IMG/VR virus record: IMGVR_UViG_3300030107_007542
Coordinates: 32,001 to 96,000 of that record
Direction: 5' to 3' (one strand)
DNA length: 64,000 nt
Origin: a virus
Part shown: positions 43,404-52,550 of the stretch, piece by piece
How positions within the stretch are numbered: position 1 is the first letter of the stretch
How the letters are laid out: each line of letters starts with the position of its first letter
Translations under genes and position numbers: made by a program
The notes under the pieces: model-generated
What the model saw: only the letters and a program-made list of their open reading frames with translations
Database searches by the model: none
Told to the model about the DNA's origin: nothing

Positions 43404-44357
43404 TTAGGTCGATCTCACGAATCGAATGGGAATGTCAATTCGGTAGCCTGTGTTAACACCCGTCACTCGAACTGTCGTGTCAATGAAACGATATGCGCCG
43501 GATGAAAGGTTTGTCCCGGCATCGTTCGACAAGGCTGCAGTTGCAAGCGTACCCAGCTGTGTGAATAAATAGTCGCTGGTGCGAAGTTCGAGACTCGACA
43601 TGATTCTAAGTCCCAACTTGGTGCCGCGAGGGCCGGCGATGGAAGAATCTTCCGTTCCTCCCAAATTGGCCACGAAGCCGTTCGTATTGCGCAATGTAAA
43701 GTAGTACGAAGCAATATTGTCATCATCGATAAAGGAAGGCGTGGCGGCCGGAGTCTGAGTATCGGTCTCCAGAACCGTGTTTGAAACGCCTCCCGGCGGA
43801 GGGAAGATTGCGCCGAAGCGATTATCGATTTCAACAATATATGCTGTTTCCACCAGATCTCGGGCAAGAGGCTCTTCGTTCGAAAGTTCTGTAGTGTCAA
43901 GACCCTGATGGACTTCAACACGAGAAACGTCATCGTTCGGCTTAAAACCGTTCAGAATACCTGTACCAGGAGTGACCAGGGTATCTACAGTGTTCTTATC
44001 AACCGCCACGTTGAAGGCGCCATTAGCATTCTTGGCCGAGCCTTTTCCGGCGGTGGTGTAAAGTTCAAGAACCGGAAGGTATAAAATATCATTACGATTG
44101 ATCGATATCAATTTCGACTTCATGGTTGAAGTATTATTAGTGAAGGCCTCTAAAATGGGAGTCTGAAGCACGGTCAAATCGTAGTACGCAGACCCACTAG
44201 TATTATTTTTATCATATAGCCCGTAGTCAATTTCATCGTCGCCCAAGGCGAACTTGGAAATCTTGAAACTGCCGTCTCCCTTGGCTAGTCTCATCCTTCC
44301 GGTATCAGTTAAAACGGCATCAAGTATGATGTCGCCATCGTTTTGCAAGAATCCCAT
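43404..44357 (-). CDS. Baseplate structural protein
   Basis: N-terminal DAVLTDTGRMRLA.G...ISKFALGDDEIDY resembles the N-terminus of tail-collar fibre domains. Confidence 0.55.
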   Translation of the reverse strand: MGFLQNDGDIILDAVLTDTGRMRLAKGDGSFKISKFALGDDEIDYGLYDKNNTSGSAYYDLTVLQTPILEAFTNNTSTMKSKLISINRNDILYLPVLELYTTAGKGSAKNANGAFNVAVDKNTVDTLVTPGTGILNGFKPNDDVSRVEVHQGLDTTELSNEEPLARDLVETAYIVEIDNRFGAIFPPPGGVSNTVLETDTQTPAATPSFIDDDNIASYYFTLRNTNGFVANLGGTEDSSIAGPRGTKLGLRIMSSLELRTSDYLFTQLGTLATAALSNDAGTNLSSGAYRFIDTTVRVTGVNTGYRIDIPIRFVRST

Positions 44358-44372
44358 ATCTTTTCCTCTCCT

Positions 44373-44382
44373 ATTAAATAGT
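44373..44382 (-). promoter_or_regulatory. Putative late promoter motif ACTATTTAAT
   Basis: Immediately upstream of the AGGAGAGG SD and ATG at 44357. Confidence 0.6.
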
Positions 44383-44401
44383 TACGAAATACTAATTGTT
44401 C

Positions 44402-45733
44402 CTATGGATTAGTAACTCCCGTATTTTTCACAGTGATGTTCAAATCAAACTTCTTTCCAGTTTTAGCGCTGGTCACTCTAATTTTAAATTTCTTTTGCCA
44501 GACAGACTCTCCGTCTTCTTCTAGATATCCTAACACATTTGAAGGCGGTAAATTAGTTAATTTTATATTTTGTGGCCTATCTTGTACCTCATTTGATCCA
44601 TTAAACGCAGTCCTATTAAAGACTGACTGTTGCAAGGCGGGGGCAACATAAAGAAAGCGGCGCCCGGGCAGCACAACATTTTTTGGTGGAGGAGTGTCCA
44701 TATTTACCACCTTAAGTGTATAAGATATTTGACCATTATTGTCAATCATCTCAAGTTGAAAAACTTCAGTTGGATTTGAAATGTTTCCATGAATATCAAT
44801 CCCTCTGATGCAATAGTAATATTTTACATTTGGCTGAATTGTACTAACATACGCCGCTGGTGTCGCCGGCTTACCGGGGGCGATAAGCTCACTGACCGTG
44901 GCAATAGGATTTGGGCCAACATTAAAATCCTTATAAGAAGTTGGTTTTGTAGTAGTCCTAAAAATTTGGTATGTGGCCACTGGGTCATCACTTTTATAAT
45001 TTAAGGTGACAGGATTTTCTTCAATATAGGTTCGTACATCTTGCTGGGCCACAGACAATTTAAGCTGTGAATAAAGCTCTTCTGCTAAAAAGGCTGTATC
45101 GGTATCTTTAATTATAATCGGCGCGAGGTCCAAATCACCCATGTTTCCATCGAGCAAGAGAAGCACTTTATTGCTGATTCCCATGAAGGGTACAAAAACA
45201 ACGTCCGGAGCAATAGGGGGTTTATCCGTAACCATTGCCGTGCTTGACCAATACGGAAGGGTGGTGGCCTTCACATTACTATCATTTGTGTAAGTAATAG
45301 TGGCTGCCGGGTAACTGGGCATTTCAGGCTGGAATGTCTTTGAGCCATGTGGGCCCGTGCGAAGTGCAATTCTAAATGTATGTGAAGGCACTTCTTCAAG
45401 TGGATAGATAGGATAAGTCCGACGAAATTCAAACCGAATAACGGCCTGGCCGGCGGTGGGGGCGCTGTACGTTTCGGAAGAAGGAATTAAGGTAGGGACC
45501 ACCTCATAGAGATTCTTCGCATCTCCGTCGCCGTTGGCCCATGATTCTTCGAAAAGATTATTTATCTCGTCTACCATGGCCTGTAAGGTCATATAGTTGC
45601 CTGTGGTCTGACTATCGGACCAACTGCGATGGTCCCATGAGCGCGCCAAAGGACCCGCAGAAAACGAGTTATAAAGAACACCATCAAAATACTCTTCTAT
45701 ATCAAGATACCAGTTAATTGATTTAATTGCCAT
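44402..45733 (-). CDS. Hypothetical structural protein (443 aa) with an FN3-like segment
   Basis: Contains YQIFR...YVSTIQPNVKYYYCIRGID..GN.S. Confidence 0.7.
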   Translation of the reverse strand: MAIKSINWYLDIEEYFDGVLYNSFSAGPLARSWDHRSWSDSQTTGNYMTLQAMVDEINNLFEESWANGDGDAKNLYEVVPTLIPSSETYSAPTAGQAVIRFEFRRTYPIYPLEEVPSHTFRIALRTGPHGSKTFQPEMPSYPAATITYTNDSNVKATTLPYWSSTAMVTDKPPIAPDVVFVPFMGISNKVLLLLDGNMGDLDLAPIIIKDTDTAFLAEELYSQLKLSVAQQDVRTYIEENPVTLNYKSDDPVATYQIFRTTTKPTSYKDFNVGPNPIATVSELIAPGKPATPAAYVSTIQPNVKYYYCIRGIDIHGNISNPTEVFQLEMIDNNGQISYTLKVVNMDTPPPKNVVLPGRRFLYVAPALQQSVFNRTAFNGSNEVQDRPQNIKLTNLPPSNVLGYLEEDGESVWQKKFKIRVTSAKTGKKFDLNITVKNTGVTNP

Positions 45734-45739
45734 TTCTAA

Positions 45740-48460
45740 TTACTTTCCAAACCGCATATTCAAACCCGTTGCCCCCTTGGGGCCCGCAAAGTTGGTAGCA
45801 GTGCTGGACTGTTCTTGCGGGGTGGGAGGACCGAGGACCTCTTTAAGTAGCGGATTCATTAGGTTTGTTGCATCTGTTTCACGCGGCTCAGCTACAACGG
45901 AGTCTAACATCTCCCTTACTTGAGTGTCCACTGTATTGTAAATACTGCGCGCAGCTAGTGAACGACTATCTGTTGTGGCAACCGATGACCCCAGAGTCGT
46001 CCCGGGGGCTACTGATCTGGCTCTCTCGCGTACGCGGCGGAGTTCTGCCAAAAGCCCATTTGCTCTAGCGCGATCGCCGCTTTCGAGAATATTCTCAAAA
46101 TTATTCACTATTTGATTAATAGTAGAGTCCAGTGCAGCCTGGCCGCCCGGGGATTCTCCCACTAGAATATCAATAGCCTGGCGATATAAAGTAACAGGAG
46201 ACTGTGATTCTTCGGCTTCTGCCTCGAAGCCGGGGGCCATGGTCGGGCTGAGTGAGTCCTCTGTGACCGGGATTTCAATATTATACCCTGTCATGCCCCC
46301 ATCTAGGCTACCGTCAGTGCCGAAGCCCGCATGAAGGTGAACAATTAAACCTGATAAATCGGCTTTGCCAGCTCGGATAGCCTGATAGTATTTGCCAAGT
46401 GGAGAATTCGGCGCCGAAGCCCGGTTTGCTGGCAATTGATTCTTAACTCTCAGCATCTGTGACATCGGAGCCGGCAATTTAAAGACAAAATGCCCGTGCT
46501 GTACGGTGGCGGGCTTTTGCTCTTGTCCGGGGCTTAAGTACTCATATTCTTGAGACGGGTCAAGTCCGTTGACTGTTATCGGGGCGCCGAGGACATCCTT
46601 TGTAAGATTATAGAACCCTAGGGCATTCCCGAGGGCCCTTCCTTCGCCGATCTTTTTGGCGCCGAAATCAAAATTAACCCCATCATAAGTGTAGCTGTTT
46701 CCAAAGATCATACGTACTTGCTTAACACGGTACTCATATCGCACCCCGTAACGAACTTGGGTATCAAGGTAACGAATAAGATCCCGATGGACCACATCTT
46801 TAGAAACCATAATGGTTTGAAGTACTTCTCCCGGGGAGTCACGATCTGTGCGCACTTCGCGCTTTTCGATAAGATACATTAAAGTCTCGCCGGGTGCTTC
46901 CTGGTTTTCGAACACTTCCTTCAAGGATCGACGTCGGTCTTCTAAAGCATCCTCAAGCTCTTGACTATTGGCTACCTTAATCGCATCTTTCACGTTTAGT
47001 TTAAACAACTCCTCCTTTTCCCATTCCCGAAGAAGTGTATAGTTAGACCCATCTGCCAATTCCTCTTTAGATTCGTTGTACACATCAAGCAAATAATCCA
47101 GCTCTCGATTCCTTAGCGCTTCTAGAAAAAGATCTAAATCACAAACGACTTCGCTATCCTGAGCCATTGAGACAAATTCAGATTTTGTGTCTCCGTTGAC
47201 TCCGGTGGCTTGAGTAACTAGGCCATCATATGAAGTGGACTCTACAGCTCCAGAGCGCATATTCTCCATAATGTAAAGTTGCATAAAAACAATAAAACTG
47301 CGCACATGATCGGCGTTGAGCTTTGAAGCAAAAAGAGAAGTAAAAAAGGAGTGAGCGGCAGGCTTGGCCCCAATTCCAAATACGTCATCTCGATCGAATC
47401 CAATGATCACTTCATTATAAAAAGGATAAAAGGCAGTAGACTTAAGATCATCCGACGTGTCGTTGGGGGTGCCCCGATCATCTCGAACATTATATTTTTT
47501 CAAAATATCCAAATCAGGATAAAGAATTGCGATGTTTTTAAATCGGCTTTCAAAATCCTCTTTAATGGAAGTAATATCTCCACTTTGAACCACAGCATCC
47601 ATGGCTTCAGAAAACTGCTGGTAATATGCTTTTCCAGATTCAGGACTTGTTTGGGTTTGATCCAAAAACCACACATCGAGTTCGGGCCCATCATAAAATT
47701 CTCCCGCTTTATTGAGAGTAAGCTGATCTGTGTAATTTACACTGGCCGTATTGATCATGTCCGATTCTAGCATATAGAGGTTGGGAAGTAGCAGCTCGCT
47801 GCCGCGGCCGGCGGATTCTACCACGGCTTCGTATGGCGGCATCGTATCCAAGTAAAAATTATAAAAAGAGTTGACGGCAACATTATAGTTGCTCCTCTCT
47901 AGAGCGCTAGCGTCGGTTGGAGGCATGCGATATAAAGTTACATGATCAGTAAACTCCGATGCCATCTCCAGGAGCGGAAGGACCGCAAGCCTCTGCTTCC
48001 GTTCACGCAAATAATACTTTTTATAATATGATGTTTGGCCAAGATTTCCCGCCAAATAGTGATAAAAATTGGGATCTCCACTAATAGCTTTAGTTGCCGG
48101 CTTGGCCAGATAGTTACGTAACTTCGCTTTATTAGCCTTGATTGCTTCATTCCAATTTTCATTGTCAAAATAAACTGTAAAAGAAGAATTAGTAAACCTA
48201 TGATCACCAGCCAGCTTTAAAGGTCGATAAATCTGCTTAGACCAATAAGGATGAAGACTATAATTAATCAGATTGTCACCGCCATCCTGAGAGCTTTTTG
48301 CTGTATAGTATCCTTGGGCTCCTCGAAAATTGTCTACGGTGCCCCACTCAGATCGTGCCAGAGGATGAAGATAGTAGTCTGTTTCTTTCTTGGTCTTGCG
48401 ATCCAGGATCCCTCTGGCTCCCGCATCAACTAAGAAGATAGAATTCTGATATGCGCCCAT
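45740..48460 (-). CDS. Hypothetical protein (906 aa) with an FN3-like segment
   Basis: Contains YLIEKR...YLDTQVRYGVRYEYRV. Long clean ORF. Confidence 0.75.
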   Translation of the reverse strand: MGAYQNSIFLVDAGARGILDRKTKKETDYYLHPLARSEWGTVDNFRGAQGYYTAKSSQDGGDNLINYSLHPYWSKQIYRPLKLAGDHRFTNSSFTVYFDNENWNEAIKANKAKLRNYLAKPATKAISGDPNFYHYLAGNLGQTSYYKKYYLRERKQRLAVLPLLEMASEFTDHVTLYRMPPTDASALERSNYNVAVNSFYNFYLDTMPPYEAVVESAGRGSELLLPNLYMLESDMINTASVNYTDQLTLNKAGEFYDGPELDVWFLDQTQTSPESGKAYYQQFSEAMDAVVQSGDITSIKEDFESRFKNIAILYPDLDILKKYNVRDDRGTPNDTSDDLKSTAFYPFYNEVIIGFDRDDVFGIGAKPAAHSFFTSLFASKLNADHVRSFIVFMQLYIMENMRSGAVESTSYDGLVTQATGVNGDTKSEFVSMAQDSEVVCDLDLFLEALRNRELDYLLDVYNESKEELADGSNYTLLREWEKEELFKLNVKDAIKVANSQELEDALEDRRRSLKEVFENQEAPGETLMYLIEKREVRTDRDSPGEVLQTIMVSKDVVHRDLIRYLDTQVRYGVRYEYRVKQVRMIFGNSYTYDGVNFDFGAKKIGEGRALGNALGFYNLTKDVLGAPITVNGLDPSQEYEYLSPGQEQKPATVQHGHFVFKLPAPMSQMLRVKNQLPANRASAPNSPLGKYYQAIRAGKADLSGLIVHLHAGFGTDGSLDGGMTGYNIEIPVTEDSLSPTMAPGFEAEAEESQSPVTLYRQAIDILVGESPGGQAALDSTINQIVNNFENILESGDRARANGLLAELRRVRERARSVAPGTTLGSSVATTDSRSLAARSIYNTVDTQVREMLDSVVAEPRETDATNLMNPLLKEVLGPPTPQEQSSTATNFAGPKGATGLNMRFGK

Positions 48461-51400
48461 TTAATAATCTCCTCCGGGGGGACTCAGTGATGGAGTCTCG
48501 GGCGCCATGAATGTTTCCGCTGTCGGCCTAGGGCCATGTATTCGGACGAATCTACGCAAAGCGCGAGAAGCGCGCCAATTCCAGCCGCGGCCGCGCCAGG
48601 CCTTTTTCTTCGCATCCCATTCATTTTGAGCAATTTGAAGTGCAGTTAGGGGTGGCGCACCGGGCTCCCTAATTCTAAATATCATACCACTTGAGCTATA
48701 ATACTCAGATCCATAATTGGCTGCCGGGATGTTGATATTAGTCGCCATGCTTTTATCCAAACGAAGCAGTTTCCTAACATAGTTGTTATAGCGAGCACGA
48801 TACGTGGGTTTGATGAGCTGGGCACTTTCAAAAATATTATCCCCTATGGTAAACAAATAATTAAAAGGACTTAAATGATACGTGCGACCAGGAGACGTCA
48901 TAGTCGGACACCTTTTAATACGGCATAAAACTGTACTTCCTTCACCTTTCATTTCGTTCAGTCGTCCTTCGGAAAGGATAGACCAACGCGGTCGACGAAT
49001 ATCATTTCTTTCATACCCATCCAAAAATTCTATCTTTCTTAAAGAATTGTAGTTTATATCTCTCTCAAAAGAATTAAGATCTAAAAACTCATCCACATTC
49101 TGGCGCACCCGGGCCAAAGCTAGTGATCCCTCAATAAACTGTGTGCGACGAATTTTGGGAGGGGTAAAATCTTGTGATACTCCGTCCAAAAGTTTTTCAG
49201 AAAGTGGTCCTTCTAGGGCCCGAATAGTAGCTAGATCTACCTGCAGATTGGAGACCACAATATCTGCACTACCGCTGATGCGATCCTCCTTATCGGTTAT
49301 TTCTTCCGGAAATCCTCCTGGTGCAAAGTAGTCAAGCGACGAAGCAAGCTTTTGCTCCTTGGCGGGTCGCTTTCGCATTTCAACAAAAGAAGAGAGCCCT
49401 TCGCGCAGAGGTGACATGGTAATGCCTGCAGATCCTTGGATTCCCTGCATTTTTGAAATTTTAACATCCAAATCAGCTACGGCGCCGTCGGCGGCAAAAA
49501 GATTAATTCCCGGATTGACTTTATTGTCCAATATTACCAACCCATCTGATAACTCCAGGCCTGAGCGTGAAACGCTTTGCACCTCATAAGGAGTGTAAAG
49601 ATTATAGGGCGATAAGTACCCAAACTTATTAATCTCCGGGACATTGGGATTCCCTACTTGATATTTACGTAGCTCTCGATTTAATCGCTTTATCAAGCTG
49701 TCATAGTCAAATGTGGCAAATCCATTGGGTGATTCTTGAACGTGTGACCCAACACCCAAGTAATCAAACCCTACATTGTTTTCAGAGTGTTTTTTGACAC
49801 GACGCGGCTTATGAACATACTTAATTCTTTTTACCATGCCTCGTTGAGCACCTATCTTTGAGCGCTTACTAGATGCAGCTTCGCTGCGGCCCACAGGTGA
49901 CGCGGAGATCAGGTAGCGTAAATCATTAATATATTCACTTATAATCTCCGCAAACTTACGCATCGACTCTTCAGTAGCGCTCATCGGGTTTACCATGGTG
50001 GTCAGATTTTTCTTCCATAACATGGGAGATTGATCTCCAAACCCGGAGGATCCAAACAGAAACCACACAGAAGCCAAAAACTCATTAATTAAATCAAGCC
50101 ATGAATCATCGCTCTTAATTACTTTAGCATTAACCCTTAAATATTCTCCTACATCAAAGTTCTTTTTTCCAAGGCCTTCAAAGTTAGACATAAATGACTG
50201 AAATGCTGTAAAATCGTCTGTTAGTCTAGATACAGTTTGTTGAATGGCCAGAGCAGTGTAATCTACAAATTCAAAATTCAGAGTATATTCGTAAATATTT
50301 GTTTCATCCTCCTTCATTTGAAGGTCATTAATTAAAAAGTTCACAAAATTATCGTTAGCTGTATCAAAAGGAATAATGTTTCCTTTCTTAAGGTCCGCGA
50401 TGAGGACAGGCATCTCTAGGTTTTTTGTCTGGCTTTCGGCAGTTAATTGGCTAGCCAGCTTTGATCCTTCGTCAGGCCTCGCTCGTTTCTGCCTAAACAC
50501 TGTAACGTTGCTCACTCTATAGCATGAACGCAAGGAGGCCTTATTTGTAAACACTTCCGCGAGGCGACAATGATCATTGATAAAGGCGTCATAATCCATA
50601 GCTAACCAAAGCTTGAATTCTCCTCCAGTATTGCGCGCATAGAACAAGCGCGAAAAATATCTTTTTCCAACAGTAGAGCGGACTCTTTCAAAATGACGCA
50701 TGTTAGTCTTGTTAATGTTAGTTGCAGTGACTACAAAATTATCTAAGTTAAAGTTCTCAATGTCTTTTAAAAGACGCAAGTCTCGAACCTTTTGATTGCT
50801 AACTTTTACCCTTTTAAGCACACAACTAGGGTGGATTCCGGGGCGTTGGCCGGCGAAATATGTCGATCCCTGCATATGTACGGGGCCGACCCAAGCTTCG
50901 CCTTTTTGCCCCACGCTATCCACGGTCTCATCTAACATAAACAAAGAAGTAACGGAACTAGGCTTACCCCCCTTCATGATAGTCTCTACAACAGGAGGAC
51001 CAATTTCAAACTTTTTATTTTGAGGAACTCCTGCTTTGTTCATCTCCGAGGCTTCGCTATCTAATTCATACGCCACGCAATAAAGCCAAAGGTTCTGACC
51101 CTGTGTGAGATAAACATCAACATCTAACGGCACTTCTCGGGTTATAACACCGATACCGGAGTCTTTATTAATCACATGCTTGATCTTGCCCTCTGTAACA
51201 AAGTCTTCGATGCCAATATATTTCTTTACCATAGCGCTTTTTGTGGTGGCTGTCTTTTTGTTCGAGATTTCGTAACGCAGAGCGCTCTCTTTTTCTTTTA
51301 GGTTTTCTAGGGTCTTCGCATCATTTATGAGTGCTACAAACAACCCAAATGAGCGACCCTCTTCAATCTTAGACACCTGCAGGCTCAAATCTATTTTAAG

Positions 51401-51502
51401 ATTTGTCATATTAGGGTCTTCGTCGGAAATCATGATTTCTACGCTCTTAACCAAAGGAAGAGGAATCGGGCGCTCAAATGCTGAGGCTGCTATATTTCCC
51501 AT
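48461..51502 (-). CDS. Hypothetical protein (~1013 aa)
   Basis: Long clean ORF. ATG at 51502 overlaps the upstream stop (TAATG). Basic C-terminus. Confidence 0.75.
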   Translation of the reverse strand: MGNIAASAFERPIPLPLVKSVEIMISDEDPNMTNLKIDLSLQVSKIEEGRSFGLFVALINDAKTLENLKEKESALRYEISNKKTATTKSAMVKKYIGIEDFVTEGKIKHVINKDSGIGVITREVPLDVDVYLTQGQNLWLYCVAYELDSEASEMNKAGVPQNKKFEIGPPVVETIMKGGKPSSVTSLFMLDETVDSVGQKGEAWVGPVHMQGSTYFAGQRPGIHPSCVLKRVKVSNQKVRDLRLLKDIENFNLDNFVVTATNINKTNMRHFERVRSTVGKRYFSRLFYARNTGGEFKLWLAMDYDAFINDHCRLAEVFTNKASLRSCYRVSNVTVFRQKRARPDEGSKLASQLTAESQTKNLEMPVLIADLKKGNIIPFDTANDNFVNFLINDLQMKEDETNIYEYTLNFEFVDYTALAIQQTVSRLTDDFTAFQSFMSNFEGLGKKNFDVGEYLRVNAKVIKSDDSWLDLINEFLASVWFLFGSSGFGDQSPMLWKKNLTTMVNPMSATEESMRKFAEIISEYINDLRYLISASPVGRSEAASSKRSKIGAQRGMVKRIKYVHKPRRVKKHSENNVGFDYLGVGSHVQESPNGFATFDYDSLIKRLNRELRKYQVGNPNVPEINKFGYLSPYNLYTPYEVQSVSRSGLELSDGLVILDNKVNPGINLFAADGAVADLDVKISKMQGIQGSAGITMSPLREGLSSFVEMRKRPAKEQKLASSLDYFAPGGFPEEITDKEDRISGSADIVVSNLQVDLATIRALEGPLSEKLLDGVSQDFTPPKIRRTQFIEGSLALARVRQNVDEFLDLNSFERDINYNSLRKIEFLDGYERNDIRRPRWSILSEGRLNEMKGEGSTVLCRIKRCPTMTSPGRTYHLSPFNYLFTIGDNIFESAQLIKPTYRARYNNYVRKLLRLDKSMATNINIPAANYGSEYYSSSGMIFRIREPGAPPLTALQIAQNEWDAKKKAWRGRGWNWRASRALRRFVRIHGPRPTAETFMAPETPSLSPPGGDY

Positions 51503-52542
51503 TAGCACGGCTCCTCATCGTCGGCAGCAATACCGAGAAAGTCACCCTGCTGGTCGTCCGGGGCTCTTTCGACATCAACGCGTCGGCTACCATAAAGATC
51601 ACCCTCTAGATCAATGCGATCGTCAGTCACGCCAGGTGTCAAACCTTCATTGTGAGTAATGGCTCTTTCATTAATGCCATACACAACCGCCGTATCCATG
51701 GGAATGTCAAAGTCGCATAAGAAATTTAAAAAATATTCCACATCGTCTTGAGTGGGGGCCGACAAGCGCTGATCCTGATAATTGAGTTGTCGCAATCCTT
51801 CGTCTGCGCCTGAAACGTACACTTCGCAATAAAAATTTTCCTTCTCGTACAGCGTGTTTTCTTCTTGCAGATCGATTAATATGTAATCCTCTTTGACTGC
51901 AATATTTATCCCCTTCTCGTTCGCGTTTGTTACAACCTTAAATTTATTTTTACTTCGAGAATCTGTCGTATAAAACATGCTATAATCCATAACAATATCA
52001 ATTTGAGGAATCTCTCTAATCACGCCATTATTGGTAGTGGCCGCACTGCTTGTTAGGTTAACTGTATAATAGTCTTGGCTTGCAGAAATCTCGTTACTAA
52101 GCATGGTGACGCCCCATGCTGGCGCATATTGAGAAGTAAGAGCGCTGGTTCCGATTGGATCGGTTGCAACAAAAAATTTCTGATCAAAGTGGGGTACCGA
52201 GTCAAAAGCATCTGCAAAATTAATCGAATTAAGTGATAAGCCTTTTTTATTGATATTGGATTCCACAGCCTTTTGAAACTGGCGCACCCTGGTTTCGACG
52301 CCGGTTGTGTTTGACTGGGGCTTTAGATTCGGTGTTTCGTAGCGGATTCGACGGTCAGCATCTTTAGGTTCTTCTACTCTGACTCCTTCGTTGGAAGACT
52401 CAACTTTAGCGACGTCGTAAAGTATCTCTTCATCATAAAAAGCATAAAATGCAGGCTTTAAGCGTCCTTGTGAAAGTAGGTATTTACCATACTCGGTCAA
52501 CTGAACGTCTAACACTTCTTCTTTTTTGTTAAAAAACTCCAT
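51502..52542 (-). CDS. Baseplate structural protein, N-terminally paralogous to 43404..44357
   Basis: DVQLTEYGKYLLSQG..KP.FYAFYDEEILYD aligns with DAVLTDTGRMRLAKG...KFALGDDEIDY. Confidence 0.6.
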   Translation of the reverse strand: MEFFNKKEEVLDVQLTEYGKYLLSQGRLKPAFYAFYDEEILYDVAKVESSNEGVRVEEPKDADRRIRYETPNLKPQSNTTGVETRVRQFQKAVESNINKKGLSLNSINFADAFDSVPHFDQKFFVATDPIGTSALTSQYAPAWGVTMLSNEISASQDYYTVNLTSSAATTNNGVIREIPQIDIVMDYSMFYTTDSRSKNKFKVVTNANEKGINIAVKEDYILIDLQEENTLYEKENFYCEVYVSGADEGLRQLNYQDQRLSAPTQDDVEYFLNFLCDFDIPMDTAVVYGINERAITHNEGLTPGVTDDRIDLEGDLYGSRRVDVERAPDDQQGDFLGIAADDEEPC

Positions 52543-52550
52543 TACCCTTC

